Below are positions 9,369 to 16,743 of a stretch of 32,000 bases of DNA, piece by piece. The notes below the pieces were generated by a model. The model saw only the letters and a program-made list of their open reading frames with translations. It was not told the DNA's origin and searched no databases. The stretch covers positions 2,211,127 through 2,243,126 of the forward strand of contig NC_004459.3 of the NCBI RefSeq assembly GCF_000039765.1. Direction: 5' to 3'. Position 1 is the stretch's first letter. Each line of letters begins with the position of its first letter. This DNA is from Vibrio vulnificus CMCP6. Its GTDB lineage: Bacteria; Pseudomonadota; Gammaproteobacteria; Enterobacterales; Vibrionaceae. A program made the translations under genes and the position numbers.

Positions 9369-11831
9369 ATGGATGAGAAGTTAGTTGGTTCGTCGAGTGA
9401 AGTTCAGGCTCATGAAAATGTCATTGGTGTCGCGTTTGACTGGCGGCTCAACTTTGTTACTCAACGGTTTGAATGCGAAGAGAGTGCCGCCTATGCCTTA
9501 TTTGGTGTGGAGATCTTTCCCATTACCACCAAGCAGCTCATTCAGTGGTTGCCGATTTCTCAACGGAAAAAAGCGATCGATGCTTTTCGCCAAGTGTTAA
9601 CGACAGGTGTTAGTCAACGTTATCAATGTGCGCTCGTGACGCCGTTAAACATTGTCACTTTTGTTGAGTTTGATATTGAAAGGCAAGGAGAGAATCAGCT
9701 TGCCGGAACCGTCACACCATTATTGCTCCTGCGTGATGCCGATGAAGTGGCCGAGCTGTTTTACCGTTTGTTTGAAAACGATCACCACGGCATTTTAGTG
9801 ACCGATGAAGAGACTCGCATCCTTGCGTGTAATGCCTATTTTGAACGCCTCACTGGGTATCATCGCCGCGATCTTATCGGTCTTAAATCTCGTATTTTTA
9901 ACGCAGATAAACACTCTGAGCATTTCTATCAGTCGATGTGGCACGCCCTTGCGACGGAAGGCAGTTGGTCCGGGGCGATTTTGACCCGAACCTCAGGGGG
10001 AGAGAATACCCCACAAGATCTCACTATCCAAAAAGTGACTTTAGCGGGTCGAGACTATTTTATTGGGTTTAGTGCCGATCTCTCGACGCATCTCAATCGC
10101 CTTAATGATCGGGAAAAAGGAGGCATTGATCTGCTCACTCAGTTGCCCTCTAAAGAGAAGTTCCTGCGCTTATTGGAGGTTTGGCACCAAAGTGAGAGTG
10201 ACAAGTCAACGCTCCTGCTGCTGGCGATACAGCCGAATTTCTCTTACAGCACGGAGCTGAATGCGAAAAGAGAATTTGCTCAGTTTCTGTTTGAGCACAG
10301 CCATAACCACTTAGTGGGCTATCTTGGCAATGATCGCTTTGTTGTTGGGCTGGAGATTGAACATCATTCTCATATTTCTCTCATTCGTCAGGTTCGCCAA
10401 CGTATGAAGCGATTTTTTCACGGTTTCAAGCAAGCCAAAGGCGAAGTTTCGCAAGCGCTAACCCAAGGGAAAACCGGTGTTTCGGTACTCGGTGTTGATG
10501 CAAAAACGCCGGCGGCACTGTTCACGCATGCTAATCAGGCTCTGTTGGAAATGCATTCAGGGCAGCAACGGCACATCAGTTTTTATGATCATGCTATGCA
10601 CTTACAAATCGAAAAGAAAAAGCGCTTAGAAACCTTATTGCTTGAGTGTATCGAGCAGAAAACCATTGAAGTCCATTACCAGCCGATTATCGATCTACAA
10701 CAGTGGCGAGTGGATAAGTTCGAAGCTTTGTGCCGTTTCCCCCCCGCATTGAGTCAAGAAGCCTCGGTTCAGGAGTTGATCAATATCGCCGAGGACTTGG
10801 ACATGATTGAAATTCTCGACCAGCAGGTGGCAAGGCAAGCATTAAGCGATCTTGAGTATTTACAGTGTTGTTTTGGGCCACAAGTGGGTATTTCGTTTAA
10901 TCGTTCCATCAGTTCGTCAACGGGCGTCAGTCAGCTGTTGATGCAAACGGCGTTGCTGATTGATGAAAGTGGTGTACAACCTGATCAAGTGACGGTGGAA
11001 ATCACGGAAAATGCCTATTTTGAAAGTGAAGAACACAAAGCAGATGGCCTGAAGCTGCTACGTAAAGCGGGCGTTTCTGTTGCCGTTGACGATTTTGGTA
11101 CCGGCTACTCTTCGTTTCAATACCTCACCCAATGCCATTTTGATGTGCTCAAAATCGATCGCGCGTTTGTGCAAAATATTCGTGTGAACTCCAATCAATA
11201 TCGTATTGTGCGCTCGCTGACAGAGCTTTCGCATCAACTGGGCTTGCGGGTGGTGGCTGAAGGGGTAGAAAGCGAAACCGAGCTGCAAATTTTGGCACAA
11301 ATCGGTGTGGACAGCGTTCAGGGGTACTTTTTTGCTAAGCCTTTTGCCCTCAAAAGTGATGCCCAGCAGCAATTCGAAGCGCTCTCTTTGGCATCCTACC
11401 AGAAGAAGTACGGCTCGAAAGGGTGCGTCTGCGATCTTGCCACGCCCGCGACGCCTCATCTTGACCCGGGGGACCCAATCTCATTAGCGTTCGAATATTT
11501 GCAGCGAGATGAGCTCAACATTATCCCTGTGGTGGACGGGCGGAAATGTGTAGGGTTTGTCGATAGAGAAGCGATGAACTTGCATTTAACGCCAGGAATG
11601 GGCACCGAGCTGGAAACCATGAAAGAAGCCGGTTTGTGGAACAAGCGCGTCAATCAAGTGATGGTGTTGAATTTTTCAACGCTGCATTGGCACACACAAA
11701 TGAGCGCATTGGCGGTGGTCATTAACCAATTGGAATTGTTTCCTTGGATCATGGTGGATGACGATGGGGACTATAAAGGGGTAATTGAAATGCACTCGGT
11801 CCTTAAATATTTGCGCAAGAATCTTAGTTAG
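9369..11831 (+). CDS. PAS - degenerate GGDEF - EAL - CBS-pair protein (paralog A)
   Basis: PAS-like 'NDHHGILVTDEETRILACNAYFERLTGYHRRDLIG'; GGDEF position replaced by 'YLGNDRF'; EAL motifs 'DKFEALCRF', 'SFNRS', 'VEITEN', 'VDDFGTG', 'LKIDRAF', 'AEGVES' and 'VQGYFF'; CBS-like C-terminus 'LDPGDPISLAFEYLQRDELNIIPVVDGRKCVGFVDREAM...MVDDDGDYKGVIEMHSVLKYL'. The ORF track opens at 9312. I prefer ATG 9369 because GGAG lies at 9357-9360 and a TATAAT at 9326-9331 sits over the alternative starts. Confidence 0.88.
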   Translation: MDEKLVGSSSEVQAHENVIGVAFDWRLNFVTQRFECEESAAYALFGVEIFPITTKQLIQWLPISQRKKAIDAFRQVLTTGVSQRYQCALVTPLNIVTFVEFDIERQGENQLAGTVTPLLLLRDADEVAELFYRLFENDHHGILVTDEETRILACNAYFERLTGYHRRDLIGLKSRIFNADKHSEHFYQSMWHALATEGSWSGAILTRTSGGENTPQDLTIQKVTLAGRDYFIGFSADLSTHLNRLNDREKGGIDLLTQLPSKEKFLRLLEVWHQSESDKSTLLLLAIQPNFSYSTELNAKREFAQFLFEHSHNHLVGYLGNDRFVVGLEIEHHSHISLIRQVRQRMKRFFHGFKQAKGEVSQALTQGKTGVSVLGVDAKTPAALFTHANQALLEMHSGQQRHISFYDHAMHLQIEKKKRLETLLLECIEQKTIEVHYQPIIDLQQWRVDKFEALCRFPPALSQEASVQELINIAEDLDMIEILDQQVARQALSDLEYLQCCFGPQVGISFNRSISSSTGVSQLLMQTALLIDESGVQPDQVTVEITENAYFESEEHKADGLKLLRKAGVSVAVDDFGTGYSSFQYLTQCHFDVLKIDRAFVQNIRVNSNQYRIVRSLTELSHQLGLRVVAEGVESETELQILAQIGVDSVQGYFFAKPFALKSDAQQQFEALSLASYQKKYGSKGCVCDLATPATPHLDPGDPISLAFEYLQRDELNIIPVVDGRKCVGFVDREAMNLHLTPGMGTELETMKEAGLWNKRVNQVMVLNFSTLHWHTQMSALAVVINQLELFPWIMVDDDGDYKGVIEMHSVLKYLRKNLS

Positions 11832-11932
11832 TTCGGCTGGTGTAACTGCGCCTCATCACCTAATTTTAAAGAGGCTAGGGTTTTTATTAACGTCAACGCA
11901 GTGGCTAGCGTGAGGTTCGTTAAGGAAAAACT

Positions 11933-14401
11933 ATGTTACAACCTTCCAGAGGAGAGTGGCGCTCTGGCGAACATTCCACCAAGTCATCATCGTATGGCTG
12001 GCAATGGAAACACGGTGATGCGTGCTTACATGTTGATGAAGCGCTATTTCGTCATTTTTGGCGTATCGGACTGAGTGAGGATGTCAGCGCGTTATTTTGG
12101 TCTTCGTTTGCCACCATCGACAAACTGCAATTACTCAACTTGCTCGACAGAGCGTGTCAATCCAAAAAATCAGGCAGCTACCGTTGTTGGATTAGCCTTA
12201 ACTCGGTCAGTCACTATGTGCTGTTTCGATTTGTTCCCCAAGCGGAGAATGCCGTAGAGGGGGAAATCCGCAAGCTGTTTAGTGTCGATACCAAAGGAAA
12301 TGAGTTTTCGACGCTGTTTCGCCAAGCGTTCGACAATGATCATCATGGCATTTTGCTCACGGATGCCGCGACACAGATCTTGCTGTGCAATCGCTACTTC
12401 GAAAATCACACAGGTTACAAACTCAATCAAATTGTTGGGCAGTGCGCATCGATTTTGGATTCAGGCAAACACAGCGATGAGTTTTACCAAAGCATCACTG
12501 AAGAGGTAAACAGCAAAGGGCTGTGGCAAGGCGTGGTGCTTATTCGTACCTTTGGTGGTGCGATTGTGCCGCAGGAACTGACGCTGCAAAAACTCACTTG
12601 TGACGACAAAGTCTATTACCTTGGTTTGTATGTGGACTTCTCTGATCGCCTCTATCGTCTGGCCGATATGGAGCATGGTGGCGTGGAGTTGTTGACACAA
12701 CTGCCCACAGAAAAGCAGTTTACCCAGCAACTGACAGTGCGCTGGATGGACTCGAATAATGATGATTTGTTAATGGTGCTGGCGTTTTTGCCCAACTTCG
12801 CGGCAGGTGATGAATATGAACTGAAACAACGTCTGTCAGAAAGCTTAGAAAAAAACCGCGTCAGTAGCGCCGTGGGTTATTTAGGCGGCAACCACTTTGT
12901 TGCGGCGATTGAATGCAACAAAAGCCAAGGACCGAATCAGGTTCAGATCATTCATCAAACCATCCGTAAGTTTTTCGCTCAGCTGACCCATTTGAGTGGA
13001 GAGGAAGTGCAAAATGCGCTGTTGCGCGGGAAAGTGGGTGTTTCGATACTTGGGCATGACACGCAAAACCCTAAAGTGATGGTGTCACACGCGGTACAAG
13101 CCATGCTTGAGCACGATGGTCAACATAAAGGCATGATCACCTTCTATCACGGTTCTATTCACCGAGAAGTGTTGCGCCGACGAGAGTTGGAAGAGCTGGT
13201 GGTGCGCTCGATCAAAGAGGAATCGGTAGAAGTGTTTTACCAGCCGATCATCGATACTGCGACGTGGGATATCGCCAAGTTTGAAGCGCTGTGCCGTTTT
13301 AAAGACAAACATGGTCAATGGCAAAACACGCAAGAGCTGGTCGGCATTGCTGAAGAGCTAGAGATGGTGGCGGATCTCGATTGGACGGTCGGTAAGAAGT
13401 CGCTGCAAGGACTGAAATCCATTCATGAACGTTTCGGTACCCGTATTGGCATAACGATTAACCGTTCGCTCAACACCAAACTTGGGGCGGAAGAGGTGCT
13501 GCAAAATGCCGAGCAGATGATCTGCCTGTATTCCGATACCCCAGAGCTGGTGACGGTAGAGCTAACAGAAAGTGCCTATTTTGACAGTGAATCGAGCCAA
13601 TCAGAGTTGATCAAGCGCATTCGCAACATGGGGGTCAGCGTTGCTATTGATGATTTTGGAACGGGGTACTCCTCCTTTACCTATCTCAGCGACTGTAATT
13701 TTGATCTGTTGAAAATTGATAAAGAGTTTGTGACCGATATTCATGTTGGTACACACAAGTACCACATTGTGCGAATGATTACGGAGTTGTCCCACACCCT
13801 CAACGTGAAAGTGGTGGCGGAAGGGGTAGAAACCAAACAAGAATTGGAAGTGCTGTGCGGGCTTGGGGTCGATTACATTCAGGGGTATTTCTTCTCGAAA
13901 CCTTTGCCTCTTGATCAGCTTCACCTTGCTTGGAATTATCAAAATCAGTTGAGTGATTTTCTTGAAAGTAATGAAAGCGTTAGGAGTATGGGAGTGCTGC
14001 GCATTGCGCAATCTTGTGTGCCGCAACTCGATCCGCAGGAAACGATCAAACAGGCTAAGTTATTGCTTGATGAAGGAAAGTACACGGTGTTGCCCATTGT
14101 GGATGAAGGCGTTTGCCTTGGCATCGTCGACAGAGAAACCCTCAACTTGCATCTTTCCCCCACGCTGGGGACCAAGCTAGAAACCACCAAAGATCTTGCT
14201 ATCTGTAAGCGAACCTTGAACCAAGTAATGAAAACGCAATTCTCAACCGTTGATGTGGCGACCAAGGCCGTCGAGATAAATGAACTGCTGAAACAATCGT
14301 TGCCATTGCCTTGGGTGATTTTGGACGAATCGGGGCAATATATGGGCATCGTGACTCACCAAGATGTGCTGCACTATGTGTCTGGTGAAGGGCTTTTTTG
14401 A
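11933..14401 (+). CDS. PAS - degenerate GGDEF - EAL - CBS-pair protein (paralog B)
   Basis: 822 aa, collinear with paralog A along its length ('FDNDHHGILLTDAATQILLCNRYFENHTGYKLNQIVG', 'DKEFVTDIHVGTHKYHIVRMITELSHTL'). GGDEF position reads 'YLGGNHF'. EAL motifs 'AKFEALCRF', 'TINRS', 'VELTES', 'IDDFGTG', 'LKIDKEF', 'AEGVET' and 'IQGYFF' are intact. C-terminal CBS-like pair. AAGGA RBS at 922-926 of the 11 kb block, before ATG 11933. Confidence 0.92.
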   Translation: MLQPSRGEWRSGEHSTKSSSYGWQWKHGDACLHVDEALFRHFWRIGLSEDVSALFWSSFATIDKLQLLNLLDRACQSKKSGSYRCWISLNSVSHYVLFRFVPQAENAVEGEIRKLFSVDTKGNEFSTLFRQAFDNDHHGILLTDAATQILLCNRYFENHTGYKLNQIVGQCASILDSGKHSDEFYQSITEEVNSKGLWQGVVLIRTFGGAIVPQELTLQKLTCDDKVYYLGLYVDFSDRLYRLADMEHGGVELLTQLPTEKQFTQQLTVRWMDSNNDDLLMVLAFLPNFAAGDEYELKQRLSESLEKNRVSSAVGYLGGNHFVAAIECNKSQGPNQVQIIHQTIRKFFAQLTHLSGEEVQNALLRGKVGVSILGHDTQNPKVMVSHAVQAMLEHDGQHKGMITFYHGSIHREVLRRRELEELVVRSIKEESVEVFYQPIIDTATWDIAKFEALCRFKDKHGQWQNTQELVGIAEELEMVADLDWTVGKKSLQGLKSIHERFGTRIGITINRSLNTKLGAEEVLQNAEQMICLYSDTPELVTVELTESAYFDSESSQSELIKRIRNMGVSVAIDDFGTGYSSFTYLSDCNFDLLKIDKEFVTDIHVGTHKYHIVRMITELSHTLNVKVVAEGVETKQELEVLCGLGVDYIQGYFFSKPLPLDQLHLAWNYQNQLSDFLESNESVRSMGVLRIAQSCVPQLDPQETIKQAKLLLDEGKYTVLPIVDEGVCLGIVDRETLNLHLSPTLGTKLETTKDLAICKRTLNQVMKTQFSTVDVATKAVEINELLKQSLPLPWVILDESGQYMGIVTHQDVLHYVSGEGLF

Positions 14402-14496
14402 CGCCGCATCAATGAGAGTGGCTTGGCAAACTTTTGTGCGCTCATTGCTGTTCTCAAGTGCTTTGGGTATCATGCCTGCCCAGTTTTAGTCGCATT

Positions 14497-15195
14497 ATGT
14501 TGTTCATCATGATCCAGTTTTTACTCTCTTCTTTTGCTCCAATGTTGCTAGGAGCACAACTTGTTTTAACCCTCATTTTAGTGAAAGGCGATATTTGCCC
14601 GGGCCAACGTGGTCGTATCCATAAACTCTTGCCCGCGATTGGTTTGATGTGGATGGCGGTCTCTTCAATTGAGATTGCGGCTTTTCTGGTGGTGTTTGCC
14701 ATTTTCTATTTCTATTCCAAAGTACAAACCGGCAAAACGCGTGATGCAGGACCACTTTGGGTTCTCTACTTAGCCGATGGCTTAGCGGTGTCGTTTGTTG
14801 CGATTCAGGCGATGAAGCAACCCATGTGGGGGGCGTCTGTGGCGACGGTGATGATGGTGGTACTGCTTGGTGCGGCGTTTGCGCACTTGTTGTTAGTGAT
14901 TGCTCGCTCACGTTTGCAAGCCTTCCACCGCATTTTGCCGTTTAGTGGTATTGTGGCGGCGATGGGCCTAGCGCTTTCGTTGCTGGCTGTTGCGTCCGGT
15001 TTTGATAAGCAAGCACAGACTCAAGCCACAACCTTGATTCTCACCAGCCTTGCGCTGGTCATTGGCGGTATTGTCGTGTGGTGTTGGCACATTTTCAGCG
15101 GAAAAACCGCCAGCAAGATCCAGCTTTCAACCGCGTGGGTGATGGTCGTGGCGGCGACCGTCTCTATGCAGATTTTGTTTGTGGTGAATGGATAA
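14497..15195 (+). CDS. Uncharacterised multi-pass inner-membrane protein
   Basis: Six to seven hydrophobic segments: 'MLFIMIQFLLSSFAPMLLGAQLVLTLILV...GLMWMAVSSIEIAAFLVVFAIFYF...VATVMMVVLLGAAFAHLLLVIA...GIVAAMGLALSLLAV...ILTSLALVIGGIVVWCW...WVMVVAATVSMQILFVV'. Start uncertain (TTG 14434, ATG 14497 or ATG 14509 are possible); no clear RBS. Confidence 0.65.
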   Translation: MLFIMIQFLLSSFAPMLLGAQLVLTLILVKGDICPGQRGRIHKLLPAIGLMWMAVSSIEIAAFLVVFAIFYFYSKVQTGKTRDAGPLWVLYLADGLAVSFVAIQAMKQPMWGASVATVMMVVLLGAAFAHLLLVIARSRLQAFHRILPFSGIVAAMGLALSLLAVASGFDKQAQTQATTLILTSLALVIGGIVVWCWHIFSGKTASKIQLSTAWVMVVAATVSMQILFVVNG

Positions 15196-15298
15196 GTCTC
15201 ATCTCTGACGAACATTCAAACATTTAGACCCGCTTCACTTTATCCAGTTGAAATAGTGACTACGCTTAATGGAGATGTACCAACAAAGGAGCGTAGTC

Positions 15299-15499
15299 AT
15301 GGATCTGAGTAACGTCGCCCGTTTAGACAGCATTATTCTACTGGGCATCGTCAACGAGAAGTTACGACTGGAATGCGACAGCTTTGAAGAGCTGGTCAGC
15401 ATGTACGAAATGGACGTTGAGCAAGTGGTCGGCAAACTGGATGTATTGGGTTATCAATACGATCCGCTCACCAACCAATTCAAATCATACTCTCGCTAG
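15299..15499 (+). CDS. Small DUF4250-like protein
   Basis: ATG 15299 preceded by AAAGGAG. The 66-aa product MDLSNVARLDSIILLGIVNEKLRLECDSFEELVSMYEMDVEQVVGKLDVLGYQYDPLTNQFKSYSR resembles the DUF4250 family as I remember it. Confidence 0.8.
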   Translation: MDLSNVARLDSIILLGIVNEKLRLECDSFEELVSMYEMDVEQVVGKLDVLGYQYDPLTNQFKSYSR

Positions 15500-15510
15500 T
15501 GACCATTCCC

Positions 15511-16422
15511 TTAAGCCATCTTGATGCCATCAAGATGGCTTTTGCATTGCTGTCTCGCCGTCGCAAAGAAGGCTTGAAGATAGCGTTTGTCTTTATCGGC
15601 ATTGCGTGTGGCGGCAAACAGTCGTCGCCACAATCCTTTACCTAATGGAATACTGGTGATCAGCCCTTGGCGAGAAAATTCACTGATCGCCCAGTTGGGC
15701 AAAGCCGCAACCCCCAAACCAGCCGAAACCATCTGCACTAGCATCAGTGTGTTGTCTGCTTGTTTCCAGCGAGCGGGCTCGACACCAGCGGGCGCCAAAA
15801 AGTGTTTCACCACATCTAAGCGTTGTTTTTGTACCGGATAAGTCAACATGGTTTGATCGGCGAGATCGTCAGGTTGTAAGCGCTCTTTGTTCGCTAGAGG
15901 ATGGTTGGTGGCGGTAATCAGGCGCATTTCAAAATCAAACAGTGGCTCGTAATGCACTTCAGAGCGAGGCTGGATATCGGACGTGATCACCAAATCCAGT
16001 TCGCCAGCCATCAAAGCGGGTAGGGGCTCAAAGCCAAAACCGGAGGAAAAATCGAGCGTCACACTCGGCCAGGTCAACTGATATTCCTTCAGAGCAGGCA
16101 TGAGCCACTGAAAGCAGGAGTGGCATTCAATCGCCATGTGTAAGCGGCCATTCACGTCTTCTTTTAAGCTCGCCAGTTCATTTTCTGCTCTGGCTAACTT
16201 CGGCAAAATCTCGTCGGCTAAGCGCAGCAAAATCTCCCCTTCTGAAGTGAATTTGACGGGGCGAGTTTTGCGTAAAAAGAGCTGACCACCAATGCGCGCT
16301 TCCAAATCTTTAATTTGATGGGAGAGCGCCGATTGAGTGAGATGCAGTGAGGTTGCCGTAGCGGTCAATGAGCCAGTGTCTCGCAATGACGTTAGTGTTT
16401 TTAAGTGTTTTAGCTCAATCAT
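15511..16422 (-). CDS. metR: LysR-family activator MetR
   Basis: N-terminal LysR HTH 'MIELKHLKTLTSLRDTGSLTATATSLHLTQSALSHQIKDLEARIGGQLFLRKTRPVKFTSEG'; divergently placed next to metE, as is typical for metR. Confidence 0.93.
   Translation of the reverse strand: MIELKHLKTLTSLRDTGSLTATATSLHLTQSALSHQIKDLEARIGGQLFLRKTRPVKFTSEGEILLRLADEILPKLARAENELASLKEDVNGRLHMAIECHSCFQWLMPALKEYQLTWPSVTLDFSSGFGFEPLPALMAGELDLVITSDIQPRSEVHYEPLFDFEMRLITATNHPLANKERLQPDDLADQTMLTYPVQKQRLDVVKHFLAPAGVEPARWKQADNTLMLVQMVSAGLGVAALPNWAISEFSRQGLITSIPLGKGLWRRLFAATRNADKDKRYLQAFFATARQQCKSHLDGIKMA
15513..15544 (+). terminator. Terminator-like hairpin for the DUF4250-like gene, lying inside the 3' coding end of metR
   Basis: AAGCCATCTTGATG-c-CATCAAGATGGCTT: 14 complementary bp (about 12 bp physically formable with a 5-nt loop) followed by TTT on the + strand, beginning 14 bp after the stop codon at 15499. 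Confidence 0.65.
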
Positions 16423-16488
16423 GAATCCCTCTCAACCAATCGCTCGTTACATGAGCCTTTTTAACTTACTCAGTTTTTTTGGAGCTGT

Positions 16489-16504
16489 AAACATCTAGAC
16501 GTCT
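16489..16504. promoter_or_regulatory. Candidate tandem MetJ boxes (site 1)
   Basis: 'AAACATCT AGACGTCT': one exact consensus 8-mer (AGACGTCT) with a directly adjacent 6/8 match, between divergent metR and metE. Confidence 0.7.
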
Positions 16505-16603
16505 ATTTATTTTGGTTGATGTTTCTTTTCTTATGATGAATTTTTCTAATAAACAAGTTGAATAAATGGAGATTGTCGAAACGCGAGGTTAGCGAGATAG
16601 TTT

Positions 16604-16619
16604 AGCCATCCAGACATCT
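16604..16619. promoter_or_regulatory. Candidate tandem MetJ boxes (site 2)
   Basis: 'AGCCATCC AGACATCT': 5/8 and 7/8 matches to AGACGTCT in adjacent 8-mer register, closer to metE. Confidence 0.5.
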
Positions 16620-16743
16620 TGTTGAATAAAGCGAACGAGATGCAACGAACGAGATGTCATGCATCCGCTCAGCAGCAGTTTGTGAGCAGCATAACCATCC
16701 CAGCATAGAAAAAATCACGCATAGAAAGAATAAGGAATTTGAC

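Noticed and set aside
11850-11886. GCCTC...GAGGC followed by a T-tract between the two EAL paralogs as a terminator
   Set aside because: Only a 5-bp stem with a 16-nt loop; too weak to call, so the transcriptional relation of the two genes stays open.
16654-16743. 30-residue N-terminal extension of metE in the ORF track
   Set aside because: It overlaps the metR-metE regulatory region, and the extension does not resemble MetE. ATG 16744 with AAGGAAT upstream fits the family start.
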